This document shows, in pieces, positions 17,372 through 27,939 of a stretch of 64,000 nucleotides of DNA. The position numbers and the translations under genes were made by a program. The notes under the pieces were generated by a model that worked only from the letters and a program-made list of their open reading frames with translations, was not told where the DNA came from and ran no database searches. Where the stretch lies: NCBI GenBank assembly GCA_964507425.1, contig CAZDQD010000053.1, positions 12,156 through 76,155 on the forward strand, given 5' to 3'. The number at the start of each line of letters is the position of its first letter. The stretch's first letter is position 1. This DNA comes from an uncultured Vicinamibacteraceae bacterium (GTDB taxonomy: Bacteria > Acidobacteriota > Vicinamibacteria > Vicinamibacterales > UBA8438).

Positions 17372-20281
17372 ATGTCAGACTGGAAAGATACACTTAACCT
17401 GCCTCACACTGGCTTTCGCATGAAAGCTAACCTACCCGTAACGGAACCAGAAACTTACAACCGATGGGAAACTTCAGACCTGTATGGACAAATTAGAAAA
17501 CTGCGCCATGGCAGCAAACGCTACATCCTTCATGACGGACCACCGTACGCCAATGGTCGCATCCACCTTGGTCATGCGCTAAACAAAATTTTAAAAGACT
17601 TCATCGTCAAGTCTCGGACAATGGCTGGTTTTGACGCACCATATATCCCTGGATGGGATTGTCATGGGTTGCCAATCGAGCTACAGGTGGACCGACAACT
17701 TGGCAAACAAAAGCGCGAAATGAGCGTCGCCGACATCAGGCGGGCATGCCGTGACTATGCCAGCAAACACGTTGGGATCATGCGTCAAGAGTTCAAAAGG
17801 TTAGGGGTACTTGGCGACTGGGACGCGCCGTACCTAACGATGAACTACGCCTACCAGTCCACAATCGTTAGCGCCCTTGGCAAATTCATCGAACAAGGTT
17901 TGATTTACCGAGGCAAAAAGCCTGTTCATTGGTGTATCCGTTGTCGGACAGCACTTGCCGAAGCTGAAGTCGAATACGAAACACATCGTTCGCCGGCGGT
18001 TTACGTGGAGTTTCCGTTACATGAACAGAGTCAGTCACGCTTCCATGACCTGGCTCCCAGCGTAGTCGGGAAGTCTGTCTCGGTATTGATTTGGACAACC
18101 ACCCCATGGACAATACCGTCGAATCTGGCTATCGCATTCCACCCGGAACTCACCTACGGAGTGTACGAAACGCAAAACTCAGATGGAGACGTCCGTGCCG
18201 TAATTTTGGCGCAAGATCTCGCCGGTCGGGTGGAACGCGAGACCAATATGACCCTCGGATCACCGCTGGCAACATTTCAAGGTCGAGACCTAGAGTCTCT
18301 TCGGTTTCGCCATCCGCTATATGAACGAGACTCTATAGCCGTATTGGCTGATTACGTAACACTCGAGCAAGGCACTGGTGCCGTACACACCGCACCTGGC
18401 CACGGTGCGGATGACTTCAACACCGGAAACAGGTACGGACTTGAAGTGTACGCGCCAGTTGGACCAGACGGTAAGTTTACTGATGATGTTGAATTGTTTG
18501 CTGGCCTGCAAGTCTTCGAAGCGAATCCAAAGGTCGAAGAAGCGCTTCTACAAAAGAAGCGACTCTGGCACCGTGCCAAACTAGATCATTCATACCCACA
18601 TTGTTGGCGCTGTCACCACCCAGTCATCTTCCTAGCAACCTCACAATGGTTTGTTGCTATGGACACAGAACAGTTTCGATCACGCGCTCTCGATGCGATC
18701 GCCCGTGTCGAATGGTTTCCTAGTTGGGGTCAAGAACGAATTCACAACATGGTGGCCAACAGGCCGGACTGGTGCATCTCTCGGCAACGCTCGTGGGGTG
18801 TACCGATTCCCGCACTGTATTGTAAATCTTGTAATGAAGCCGTTTTGACCAAAACACTGACTGACCGCGCTGCCGAGCGATTTAAGACTTATGGCGCTGA
18901 CGCCTGGTACGAGCAAGACCTCCGTCACTTCGTACCAACAGGTTTTGAGTGCCCATCCTGTGGCCATCAGGCGTTCGAACGAGAAAAAGACATCCTTGAT
19001 GTATGGTTTGACTCTGGCTCGAGTCACGAAGCAGTACTCGAACCCCACGAAGATCTTCAATGGCCAGCGGACCTTTACCTTGAAGGTTCTGACCAGCATC
19101 GTGGTTGGTTTCACAGCTCACTACTTGTCGGACTCGGAACACGGAATGCGGCACCATATAAGCAGGTTTTGACCCATGGTTTCGTGGTTGATGAAGACGG
19201 TCGAAAAATGTCGAAATCGATCGGCAACGTCATCGATCCCGATACCGTCATCAAACGCAACGGTGCCGAAATACTACGTCTCTGGGTTGCGATGGTCGAC
19301 TACCGAGAGGAAATGCGACTCGGCCAAGAAATCCTAGCTCGGGTCGTTGAGGCGTATCGAAAAATCAGGAATACCCTTCGAATCATGGTAGCCAACCTCT
19401 ACGATTTTGATCCCGCTGCAAACATGGTGCCCTACAACAAACTTGAGGAAGTCGATCGTTACGCGTTAGCGTGCTACGGTGAAACCGGAACGAAGATTCT
19501 TGACGCATACGAAAAATATGAGTTTCAACCAATCTCGCACACACTTAATCAATTTTTGACGGTGCATCTCAGCGCGTTCTACATTGATGTCTTAAAAGAT
19601 AGGTTGTACACATTTTCATCGGACTCGGTCCAGCGCCGATCAGCTCAGACCGCACTCTATAACATTACTGACGGGTTAACGCGTTTACTCGCACCTTTAC
19701 TCCCAGTCACGGCTGACGATTTGTGGCGTTTCCTTCCCGGCGAGCGAGAATCGAGTGTTCATCTCTCAGATTTTCCAACTAACTGCCACGAGTTTATTGA
19801 CACTGATTTGCAAGCTCGTTGGAAGAGACTTCTAGCGCTTCGAAATAAGGTCAACTTAAAACTTGAAGAACTGCGACAAGAAAAGATCGTTGGTACGTCG
19901 CTTGAGGCAAGCGTAACGCTTCGAACAACAGGTGTCACCGAAGAGTTGACAAAACAATATGAAACTTTCCTTCCGACATTATTCATTACGTCCGATGTGG
20001 TAGTAACCGCACAAAATGTGAGCGAACTCGATAAAGATGACGCCCCGAGAAGCACTGAAACGTCATCGGAAAAATGGCAGGAAGGTGAAACGCACGCTTG
20101 GTTCACCGAACAAGAGCTGGACAAATATGTCGGAAGCGCCCTCATTGAAGTTAGCCGAGCAGAGGGTACAAAATGCGAGCGTTGCTGGCGATACGTTAAG
20201 AAAGTGTCTCGAAGTGCCCCAACGGGGCTCTGCGATAGGTGTGTTGATGCACTACCAGGAAGTGTAGATGTTGCTGACTAA
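17372..20281 (+). CDS. ileS: isoleucine--tRNA ligase
   Basis: 969 aa. PYANGRIHLGHALN (HIGH), KMSKS and C-terminal zinc-finger CERCW...CDRC. Confidence 0.97.
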   Translation: MSDWKDTLNLPHTGFRMKANLPVTEPETYNRWETSDLYGQIRKLRHGSKRYILHDGPPYANGRIHLGHALNKILKDFIVKSRTMAGFDAPYIPGWDCHGLPIELQVDRQLGKQKREMSVADIRRACRDYASKHVGIMRQEFKRLGVLGDWDAPYLTMNYAYQSTIVSALGKFIEQGLIYRGKKPVHWCIRCRTALAEAEVEYETHRSPAVYVEFPLHEQSQSRFHDLAPSVVGKSVSVLIWTTTPWTIPSNLAIAFHPELTYGVYETQNSDGDVRAVILAQDLAGRVERETNMTLGSPLATFQGRDLESLRFRHPLYERDSIAVLADYVTLEQGTGAVHTAPGHGADDFNTGNRYGLEVYAPVGPDGKFTDDVELFAGLQVFEANPKVEEALLQKKRLWHRAKLDHSYPHCWRCHHPVIFLATSQWFVAMDTEQFRSRALDAIARVEWFPSWGQERIHNMVANRPDWCISRQRSWGVPIPALYCKSCNEAVLTKTLTDRAAERFKTYGADAWYEQDLRHFVPTGFECPSCGHQAFEREKDILDVWFDSGSSHEAVLEPHEDLQWPADLYLEGSDQHRGWFHSSLLVGLGTRNAAPYKQVLTHGFVVDEDGRKMSKSIGNVIDPDTVIKRNGAEILRLWVAMVDYREEMRLGQEILARVVEAYRKIRNTLRIMVANLYDFDPAANMVPYNKLEEVDRYALACYGETGTKILDAYEKYEFQPISHTLNQFLTVHLSAFYIDVLKDRLYTFSSDSVQRRSAQTALYNITDGLTRLLAPLLPVTADDLWRFLPGERESSVHLSDFPTNCHEFIDTDLQARWKRLLALRNKVNLKLEELRQEKIVGTSLEASVTLRTTGVTEELTKQYETFLPTLFITSDVVVTAQNVSELDKDDAPRSTETSSEKWQEGETHAWFTEQELDKYVGSALIEVSRAEGTKCERCWRYVKKVSRSAPTGLCDRCVDALPGSVDVAD

Positions 20282-20774
20282 ATTGGTATCTCGACCAATC
20301 ATGATTGGAACCTTCGGATCGATTTTGATCATTGATCAATTTACCAAAACACTCGTCCGTCAACAGCTTGCCCTACACGAACACGTCACTGTAATACCGA
20401 ATCTACTCGACTTCAGGTACGTGCAAAACACTGGTGCGGCGTTCGGATTTTTGAACTCTGCTGATATACCGTTTAAAGCGGCCCTGATGACTGCCGTCGC
20501 ACTTTTTGCGCTCATTGCCATTGCGATATACGCAAGCCACCTGTCATCTGAGGAACCTTTGGCTAAACTAGGCCTCGCTTCGATTCTCGGAGGTGCCACC
20601 GGAAATCTGATCGACCGCATCATGCACGGCTACGTTATCGATTTTGTCGATTTCTACTTTGGAACGTGGCACTTCTGGGCATTTAACGTTGCAGACGCCG
20701 GAATTACGGTCGGAGCAAGCTGTCTCATCCTAGATATGGCAATATTAAACAGACATGTATCCAAAACTGTTTGA
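20268..20774 (+). CDS. lspA: lipoprotein signal peptidase II
   Basis: NTGAAFGF, GGATGNLIDR and FNVADAGIT motifs. Overlaps the ileS stop. Confidence 0.9.
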   Translation: MLLTKLVSRPIMIGTFGSILIIDQFTKTLVRQQLALHEHVTVIPNLLDFRYVQNTGAAFGFLNSADIPFKAALMTAVALFALIAIAIYASHLSSEEPLAKLGLASILGGATGNLIDRIMHGYVIDFVDFYFGTWHFWAFNVADAGITVGASCLILDMAILNRHVSKTV

Positions 20775-21570
20775 CCTAGGCCCAATCAGCATCTATTCGT
20801 ACGGTGTTCTCCTGGTAGCCGCCTACTTGATCGCGTTTCAAATGGCGGTGGTCCGTGGAAAAGCGCGTGGTCTCGACGGTAACCGCGTAATGGACCTTGG
20901 AATTGCAGTCATCATCAGTGCACTCATTGGTGCAAAGCTACTGCTACTGATCGTCGAGTTCGATCAGTTTGCGGCAAACCCAGAGAGGTTGTGGACACTG
21001 GTTCGGTCTGGGGGCGTTTATTACGGCGGGTTTTTGCTCGCCGTCGGCGTGGCGTTCTTGTACATGCGCCGTCATTCGCTACCACTCTGGGTTACGTGTG
21101 ACGCATTCGCTCCTGGCATAGCATTAGGACAGGCAGTAGGACGTGTTGGCTGTCTCCTAGCAGGTTGCTGTTATGGACACCCGACCGACCTCCCTTGGGG
21201 CGTCACCTTCACTGATCCAATCGCTGCGACAAATGTCGGAACCCCACTAGGAGTGAGCCTTCACCCTACGCAACTCTACGAATCCCTTGCAGCTATCTCG
21301 ATACTAGTGTTTCTACTACTCTTTGAGCGCAAAGGACGAACTTTTCACGGTCGCACATTTTGGACGTACCTACTCCTTTACCCCGTAGCGCGATTTCTCA
21401 TCGAGTTCCTGCGGGGGGATCCAAGAGGAACCGTTTTTGATGTTTTGTCAACGTCCCAATTCGTATCCGTGCTTCTGATCCCGTTAAGTGTGGTCATGTT
21501 GCTAGTTCTTTCGAGAACTGGTGGTTCGACGCCAAATAGGATGCCTCCAGCACGCGTACATGCGACGTAG
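20755..21570 (+). CDS. lgt: prolipoprotein diacylglyceryl transferase
   Basis: YGVLLVAAY, GRVGCLLAGCCYG and HPTQLYES motifs. Confidence 0.9.
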   Translation: MYPKLFDLGPISIYSYGVLLVAAYLIAFQMAVVRGKARGLDGNRVMDLGIAVIISALIGAKLLLLIVEFDQFAANPERLWTLVRSGGVYYGGFLLAVGVAFLYMRRHSLPLWVTCDAFAPGIALGQAVGRVGCLLAGCCYGHPTDLPWGVTFTDPIAATNVGTPLGVSLHPTQLYESLAAISILVFLLLFERKGRTFHGRTFWTYLLLYPVARFLIEFLRGDPRGTVFDVLSTSQFVSVLLIPLSVVMLLVLSRTGGSTPNRMPPARVHAT

Positions 21571-21578
21571 CGCAGCTT

Positions 21579-22589
21579 TTGGGCTTCGTAATGGATACCC
21601 CCCAGCGTAATCCAGATCAACGTTCGCAACACATTGAACTAACGGTTCGCGATAAATACAGTGGCACCCGCCTTGATCAGTTCCTAACCGCACATCTTGC
21701 GGATATGACTCGATCTCAAATCCAACGCTTAATTAAAGGCGGACTGGCCTGCATTGACTCGAGACCTGGTCGTGCCAGCGCGCCAATTCATTCAGGCAAC
21801 ATCGTTACGCTTGAGATTCCACCACCCCTAGCAGCCGCGCCAACTGCCGAGGCATTGCCGCTCGATGTTATCTATGAAGATCAGGACCTCATCGTTATTA
21901 ACAAGAAAGCCGGAATGGTTGTACACCCAGCTAATGGACATAGAAGCGGAACCTTGGTGAATGCGCTCTTGCACCATGTGCAAGACCTCAGTGGTATCGG
22001 TGGAGAACTACGGCCTGGAATCGTTCATCGGCTTGATCGTGGAACATCAGGACTGATTGTCGTCGCGAAAAACGATGTGACGCACCGTGAACTCTGTCGC
22101 CAATTCAAAAACAGAGAAGTTGACAAGGAATACCGTGCGTTGGTCTGGGGATTAGTCCAACAAGGACGTCGGATAGACGTGCCGATTGGACGAGATGAAG
22201 TCGACCGAAAGAAGATATCAGCCCGGTCTCGTCGTGCGAGGTCAGCTGTCACTCGCATCACGCGAGCGGAACATCTCGATGGGGTTTCACTGCTAAATGT
22301 GGTGATCGCTACCGGGCGGACTCACCAAATCCGTGTTCATCTGAACGCCATTGGACACCCAATAGTGGCGGATGCAACCTACGGGGGAAAACGGCGACAT
22401 CTGCCCGCCCACCTCCGAGTAGTTAACTACCTTGAAAGACCTTTTCTCCACGCCAGTCGGCTTGCTTTTACACATCCTCGAGATGGACATCAACTTGATC
22501 TTAAATGTGTACTTCCGGAAGACTTACAGATGGTCATCACTGGTATCAGACATGCAGCCAAACAGAGGCAAGAAGCGCATCAAAAATAA
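21579..22589 (+). CDS. rluD: RluA/RluD-family 23S rRNA pseudouridine synthase
   Basis: S4-like N-terminus (GTRLDQFL), catalytic HRLDRGTSGLIVVAK and GRTHQIRVH. Confidence 0.9.
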   Translation: MGFVMDTPQRNPDQRSQHIELTVRDKYSGTRLDQFLTAHLADMTRSQIQRLIKGGLACIDSRPGRASAPIHSGNIVTLEIPPPLAAAPTAEALPLDVIYEDQDLIVINKKAGMVVHPANGHRSGTLVNALLHHVQDLSGIGGELRPGIVHRLDRGTSGLIVVAKNDVTHRELCRQFKNREVDKEYRALVWGLVQQGRRIDVPIGRDEVDRKKISARSRRARSAVTRITRAEHLDGVSLLNVVIATGRTHQIRVHLNAIGHPIVADATYGGKRRHLPAHLRVVNYLERPFLHASRLAFTHPRDGHQLDLKCVLPEDLQMVITGIRHAAKQRQEAHQK

Positions 22590-22602
22590 GCTGGCAATTT
22601 AA

Positions 22603-23133
22603 ATGACTCCTAACGAACCAACCGCCACTACATTAGCAAGTCATCAAGTGCACACAGGTCGTGTTTTTAAAACAACACAAGACCAGGTAAAACTTCCCAA
22701 CGGACGCGAGGCAACTTTCGACGTTATTCGACACCCCCCATCAGTCATACTTATTCCAATTTTGGACGGCAAAAAAATAATTCTCGTTCGTCAATATCGC
22801 TACGCTATTGACAAGTGGATTTGGGAGCTACCAGCTGGCAACATCGAGCCAGGAGAGACTCCTGACGCGGCAGCACGCAGAGAATGTGGCGAAGAAACAG
22901 GTCAAATGCCATCTGCCGTTGAACAAGTCGGCACTTTTTTTCCCACACCGGGCTACTGTAACGAAAAAATGCTGTTCTATTTGGCAACACAACTTCGCCC
23001 AGCAGCAAGTTCAAGACTTGACGAAGACGAAATACTTACAGCTCACGCTTTCCCGCTAAACGAAGCCAAAAACATGGTTTCAAGTGGAGCCATTATCGAC
23101 ATGAAGACCGCACTCGGACTGACACTTGTATGA
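22603..23133 (+). CDS. NUDIX hydrolase (ADP-ribose pyrophosphatase-like)
   Basis: Nudix box GNIEPGETPDAAARRECGEETG. Confidence 0.85.
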   Translation: MTPNEPTATTLASHQVHTGRVFKTTQDQVKLPNGREATFDVIRHPPSVILIPILDGKKIILVRQYRYAIDKWIWELPAGNIEPGETPDAAARRECGEETGQMPSAVEQVGTFFPTPGYCNEKMLFYLATQLRPAASSRLDEDEILTAHAFPLNEAKNMVSSGAIIDMKTALGLTLV

Positions 23134-23146
23134 TTAAAAGAAATCG

Positions 23147-25594
23147 CTACTGCACAGTTTCGTGTGCTGTCTGATCGGAATCAGAAGAGCCTGGATTTCG
23201 AGACGGCGCCATGGGTGTTAAGGCCAGCGCCAACACCTCGTCAACCATTGACACATAGTGTACGTTGATCTCTCGCCGCAAATCAGTATCGAGGTCTTCG
23301 TTGACATTTTTCTCGTTCTGCTTTGGTAATATCACGTCTAAAATCCCCAGTCGGCGTGCCGCTAACACTTTTTCCTTAATACCACCAACGGGTAGAACGT
23401 GACCTGAGAGCGTGACCTCACCAGTCATTGCAAGATCACCGCGTACCGGTCGACCGGTTAATTCGGATACGAGAGCTGTAACCATCGTAATACCTGCAGA
23501 AGGCCCATCCTTCGGAATGGCCCCGGAAGGAACATGAAGATGAATCTCAGCGTCCTTGTAAAAAGTGGGTAACACATCGTAATTGTCCACATTCGCACGA
23601 AACCATGACAGTGCGGCCTTAGCCGATTCCTTCATGACATCACCGAGATGCCCCGTCAAGGTTAGAGACCCACTGCCGCTCATACGACTCGCCTCAACAA
23701 ATAACACGTCGCCACCAACTGGCGTCCAAGCCAAGCCAATCGCGACTCCTGGACGTTTGGTCCGCTCAGTCACCTCTTCATCTAAAAACTTCGGTGCTCC
23801 GAGCATCTTTACCACCGTTTCGTTTGTAATCTCCACTGAAGCTTCGTCACCTTCGGCCCTTCTGCGCGCAACCTTCCGACACAGCGCACCAATTTGCCGA
23901 TCAAGGTTCCTTACTCCGGCTTCGCGAGTGTACCCACGAATAATCGATCGAAGAGCCGCCTCAGAAAACCCAATCTCATTAGCTTTCAAACCATGGTTTT
24001 CGATTTGTCGACCGATTAGATGGTCTGTCGCGATGACAAACTTTTCGTCTTCTGTATATCCGGGGAGCTCCAACACCTCCATCCTGTCCTTTAACGCAGC
24101 TGGAACCGGATCAAGCACATTCGCTGTTGTGATGAAAAGCACTTCAGACAGATCAAACGGCACGTCGAGGTAGTGATCGCGAAAGGTAGAGTTCTGTTCT
24201 GGATCAAGTACCTCAAGTAGTGCGGAAGCTGGATCGCCACGAAAATCCATGCCTAATTTGTCAATCTCGTCGAGAATAAAGACAGGGTTTTTCGATTCGG
24301 CTCGCCTCAAGCCGCGTACAACCTGCCCCGGAAGAGCACCAATATAGGTTCGACGATGTCCACGAATCTCAGCCTCGTCGCGCATCCCACCAAGCGAGAT
24401 CCGAACAAATTTTCGACCAAGCGAAGCCGCAATCCCCTTCGCCAACGACGTCTTTCCGACACCTGGCGGTCCAACAAAACAAAGAATCGGTCCTTTAACG
24501 TCAGGATTCAACTTCCGGACCGCCAAATACTCCAGAATGCGATCCTTTGCTTTCTCAAGGCCGGAATGACCTTCATCGAGCGTATCTTTAGTCACCTTCA
24601 GGTCGATGGTTTCGTTCGTTCGCACATTCCACGGCAACTCAATCAACCAATCGAGATAAGTACGTGAGACGGTATATTCCGCAGCCGCAACTGGCATCTT
24701 CGAAAGCCGATCCAGCTCTCGATAAGCGTCCTTCGCTACCGATTCAGGCATACCCGCTGCTTCAATCTTCGCTCGTATTTCCTCGACTTCTTTCGTTTGA
24801 TCGTCAGATTCACCGAGCTCTTTTTGGATAGCTTTCAACTGCTCCCGAAGTAAATATTCTCGTTGGTTTTTACCGACCTCGGACTGCACTTCCGATTGAA
24901 TTTTCGATCCAAGCTCAAGAACCTCAAGTTCTTTGATAAGCAAACGATTCAATCGACCCATTCGAGCCAAAATGCCTAAGGTTTCAAGGATGTCTTGCTT
25001 CGCCGCAGTTTCGATCGTTGCCAAACTCGACGCTATAAAATCCGTTAGCTTCCCCGGTTCTGAAATGTTCTCCGATAACGTCTGAAGGTCGTCAGAAAGT
25101 AGCGGGGAAAGTGAGACCACACGCTGGAAATTATTTTTAATGTTCCGTTGCAACGCATCAATCTCGAGTTCTTCAGACTCCACGATCTCCACATCCGTAG
25201 CATGTATCTCCGCACGAATAAAAGGGTCTGTTTGAACAAACCGGTCTAGCGATACACGCGCAAGTCCTTGGACGATTAGTCGCAAACTGCCATCGGCCAA
25301 CTTGAACATTTTATGGATATGAGTAATCGTCCCAACCGGGTAGAGATCTTCCCGTGTTGGGTCTTCAATAGAGGCTTCCTTTTGCGTAAAGACACCAACA
25401 AGGTGCCCATCGGCCACCGCCTTGTCAATAAGGCGGATAGAACTCTCACGTGCCACCGCGAGAGGCATAAATGAATTGGGAAACAGGACGGTGTCCCTAA
25501 GGGGTAAGACGGGTAGCTCTTTCGGTATCGAAAACTGCCCGTCCTCCGCCAATAAATTTTGGTTATCAGGCTTCTCTAGTTCGTCGCTCATCAC
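23147..25594 (-). CDS. lon: ATP-dependent Lon protease
   Basis: 815 aa. LON N-domain, Walker [10 protein letters not shown] and catalytic Ser motif [11 protein letters not shown]. Confidence 0.97.
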   Translation of the reverse strand: MMSDELEKPDNQNLLAEDGQFSIPKELPVLPLRDTVLFPNSFMPLAVARESSIRLIDKAVADGHLVGVFTQKEASIEDPTREDLYPVGTITHIHKMFKLADGSLRLIVQGLARVSLDRFVQTDPFIRAEIHATDVEIVESEELEIDALQRNIKNNFQRVVSLSPLLSDDLQTLSENISEPGKLTDFIASSLATIETAAKQDILETLGILARMGRLNRLLIKELEVLELGSKIQSEVQSEVGKNQREYLLREQLKAIQKELGESDDQTKEVEEIRAKIEAAGMPESVAKDAYRELDRLSKMPVAAAEYTVSRTYLDWLIELPWNVRTNETIDLKVTKDTLDEGHSGLEKAKDRILEYLAVRKLNPDVKGPILCFVGPPGVGKTSLAKGIAASLGRKFVRISLGGMRDEAEIRGHRRTYIGALPGQVVRGLRRAESKNPVFILDEIDKLGMDFRGDPASALLEVLDPEQNSTFRDHYLDVPFDLSEVLFITTANVLDPVPAALKDRMEVLELPGYTEDEKFVIATDHLIGRQIENHGLKANEIGFSEAALRSIIRGYTREAGVRNLDRQIGALCRKVARRRAEGDEASVEITNETVVKMLGAPKFLDEEVTERTKRPGVAIGLAWTPVGGDVLFVEASRMSGSGSLTLTGHLGDVMKESAKAALSWFRANVDNYDVLPTFYKDAEIHLHVPSGAIPKDGPSAGITMVTALVSELTGRPVRGDLAMTGEVTLSGHVLPVGGIKEKVLAARRLGILDVILPKQNEKNVNEDLDTDLRREINVHYVSMVDEVLALALTPMAPSRNPGSSDSDQTAHETVQ

Positions 25595-25691
25595 TACCCC
25601 CTCAACCTACCAGTACGCTGATGGCAAACGACCATCGAAACAGGCGTCGTCACTGAACACTCGCTCCCACATTCTTCTATTAACTAGTTTG

Positions 25692-26144
25692 TTAACCATT
25701 TTGATCTGAAAATACTGACAGCGTATCTGACCGTTTCTCAAACACCTGCCGAAACTGCTGCTCATTATTTTCTGAGGCTTCCTCGCAGTCCTTACACCGT
25801 ACCGCGAAAGGTAACGCACGCAGCCGGCGACTGGCTATCTCGTGACCACACTCGCGACAGTAGCCAAATTCATTCTCCGAAAGCAGCACGAGCGCTTCAC
25901 CAATCTTCTTAAGGGTCTCGGCTTTCATTTGCAGCACGGCAAATTCCATATCACCTTGAACATCAGCTTCCGAGCTCTCAACCTCGTCTCTGACCCCCAG
26001 ATTAGTTGCCTCCTCACGTTCTGCACGAACATTGCGGATCTTGTGCCGCATGTCCCCCATAAGCGCGAGTCGCCGTTCCTCAAGAATACGTCTTAATTCG
26101 TTATACCGTTCTCGTCTCATCTTTGGTGTTCGAGTGTTAGCCAT
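25692..26144 (-). CDS. dksA: DksA/TraR-family C4 zinc-finger transcription factor
   Basis: Coiled-coil region followed by CRECGHEI...RCKDCEE. SD AGAGGGG lies upstream of the ATG. Confidence 0.85.
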   Translation of the reverse strand: MANTRTPKMRRERYNELRRILEERRLALMGDMRHKIRNVRAEREEATNLGVRDEVESSEADVQGDMEFAVLQMKAETLKKIGEALVLLSENEFGYCRECGHEIASRRLRALPFAVRCKDCEEASENNEQQFRQVFEKRSDTLSVFSDQNG

Positions 26145-26549
26145 AGCAACGACCCCTCTGTTCCACTAAACTATCGACTCCAAAGTCCGCGGTTATCTTC
26201 TCGGATCGAGCTATCCGATCCATCAGTCATTTTCCGTGCAGCAGTGGCTTACTCTTTGGGGAAAAGCGCCCCATCAACAAGTGATCGAGCCGGTCATCAT
26301 TAGTTTGGCTAGCCAGTCAAAGCACTTGTGGCTATAACCTCTTTGAATTCAGATAGTTCTTATACAGCCCAGCTCCATTGCATTTTTGTGCAGGTTGGTA
26401 CTAACAAAGTCTCCAGTACCCACGTGCGGCAAGAACCAATATTTTTTATTTAGCTTTAATTCCATTCTGGGCCATTTCCCCTGTCATAATTTGTCAGCCG
26501 TCTGTGACCGATACGAGGCTCAATTGAACCCAGCTCGTTGTCGACTGAC

Positions 26550-27224
26550 ATGAAAAAAGCACTGTGCCCACTCTGCAATAAACGCCGAGCGCGACGCGCC
26601 TGCCCAGCACTCAATCAAGACATATGCGCAATTTGTTGCGGAACTAAACGCATAACCGAAATCGATTGCCCTAAGAACTGCACCTACCTACAATCCGCCA
26701 GCACTCATCCACCCGCAATCGTCCAGCGTCAACAGCAAAGAGACCTTCGATTCTTGCTACCTGTGTTCCGCGGACTTACTGAACCTCAACATCAGATCTT
26801 GTTTTTGTTGCAAACATTTTTGGTTGCCGGACATCACAACGTACAGTCGATATCCGACCGTGATATAGAAGAGGCTGCACGTGCACTGGCTAAAACTTAC
26901 GAGACCGCCGATCGTGGAATTGTCTACGAACATACAGCAACTGGTGTTAATGCCCAGCGGTTGGCCGTCGAATTCAAGGGCATGCTTCAATCTAAACAAG
27001 CAGAGGGATTACGGCTTTCAGATCGAAATCTAGCGACTGCGTTTCGCCGTCTTGAAACCGCGGCCAAAGATGCAGAGAACGCCGTGACTGACGACCGGAA
27101 TGACAGAGCCTATCTGGAGCTTCTGAAAAGAATGCTCAAAGAAACCTCTGATACCGGAAACAACTCAGAGGCCCCCACGACGAACCCGACGACTAAGTCG
27201 GGGTTGATTGTGACTGGCGAATAG
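26550..27224 (+). CDS. hypothetical protein with N-terminal 8-Cys cluster
   Basis: MKKALCPLCNKRRARRACPALNQDICAICCGTKRITEIDCPKNCTYL followed by an alpha-helical-looking body. I chose ATG at 26550 rather than the track TTG at 26538. No family recognised. Confidence 0.5.
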   Translation: MKKALCPLCNKRRARRACPALNQDICAICCGTKRITEIDCPKNCTYLQSASTHPPAIVQRQQQRDLRFLLPVFRGLTEPQHQILFLLQTFLVAGHHNVQSISDRDIEEAARALAKTYETADRGIVYEHTATGVNAQRLAVEFKGMLQSKQAEGLRLSDRNLATAFRRLETAAKDAENAVTDDRNDRAYLELLKRMLKETSDTGNNSEAPTTNPTTKSGLIVTGE

Positions 27225-27278
27225 CGAGTCCATTGAGCTAGAATAGGCATCCCGAAGCACTTGAACTCAGAGAGAACT

Positions 27279-27470
27279 ATGGCAAAACGTTGTGATGTAT
27301 GCGGAAAGGGACCAGCGGTCGGTCGAAACGTGAGTCACGCTCACAATGTCACCCCTCGTAGATTCGAAGCAAACATTCAACGTGTTCGTGCGGTAGTTAA
27401 CGGCAGTGTCAAGCGAATACGCGTCTGTACCCGTTGTATCCGTTCAAATAGGATAACCAAAGCCGCTTAG
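27279..27470 (+). CDS. rpmB: 50S ribosomal protein L28
   Basis: [34 protein letters not shown]... is a classic bL28 N-terminus. The true ATG is at 27279, inside the track ORF. Confidence 0.9.
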   Translation: MAKRCDVCGKGPAVGRNVSHAHNVTPRRFEANIQRVRAVVNGSVKRIRVCTRCIRSNRITKAA

Positions 27471-27495
27471 TTAGAGTGGCACATGGAGCAAAGCG

Positions 27496-27879
27496 CTGCG
27501 GGTCTCAATCAATTCTGACGGTGCGCCGAAAGCAGTTGGCCCCTATTCCCAGGCAATCCGTGCAGGTGGTTTCATATTTTTATCTGGTCAGATCCCGCTA
27601 GATCCCTCCACCGGGAACTTAGTCGATGGAGATGTCGCCGCACAAACACACCAAGTCCTGAAGAATCTTGACGCTGTATTGCAGGCTGCAGGAGCGACGA
27701 TGAATGATGTCGTGAAAACGACCGTCTACCTTGCAAACATGGTGGATTTCACTGACATGAATCAAGTTTACGAGACTTACTTCAGCAGCCCAACTCCAGC
27801 CCGCGTCGCTATTCAAGCCGCGAAACTCCCGAAAGGTGCTCGCGTAGAAATTGACGCGATTGCCATCATTTCCAACTGA
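27496..27879 (+). CDS. ridA: RidA/YjgF/TdcF-family reactive-intermediate deaminase; start codon uncertain (proposed CTG)
   Basis: Hand translation gives (L)[78 protein letters not shown]...[23 protein letters not shown]. The frame is open from 27475 but has no ATG/GTG/TTG before 27679. GGAG at 27485-27488 sits 7 nt before CTG at 27496. Confidence 0.8.
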   Translation: MRVSINSDGAPKAVGPYSQAIRAGGFIFLSGQIPLDPSTGNLVDGDVAAQTHQVLKNLDAVLQAAGATMNDVVKTTVYLANMVDFTDMNQVYETYFSSPTPARVAIQAAKLPKGARVEIDAIAIISN

Positions 27880-27939
27880 TCGGGGAACAGCCGACGTCCC
27901 CTCCTACGAGACTCAGTCAATCAAATAAAGTTTTCGGGT

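Noticed and set aside
26145-26537. ORF-free spacer of about 390 nt between dksA and the Cys-rich protein gene, considered as a possible sRNA or riboswitch locus
   Set aside because: I found only short palindromes (GGATCG-N7-CGATCC at about 26202-26220 and TGGGG-N7-CCCCA at about 26256-26272) and weak promoter-like hexamers. There is no terminator or convincing conserved-RNA signature, so the evidence is insufficient to call a feature.
27483-27518. Programmed +1 frameshift at TTC TGA C joining ATG 27483 to the ridA frame (prfB-like)
   Set aside because: The ridA frame already encodes family-conserved residues (VSINSDGAP) upstream of the putative shift site, and the ATG-frame peptide does not. 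A CTG start with a well-spaced GGAG is the simpler explanation.
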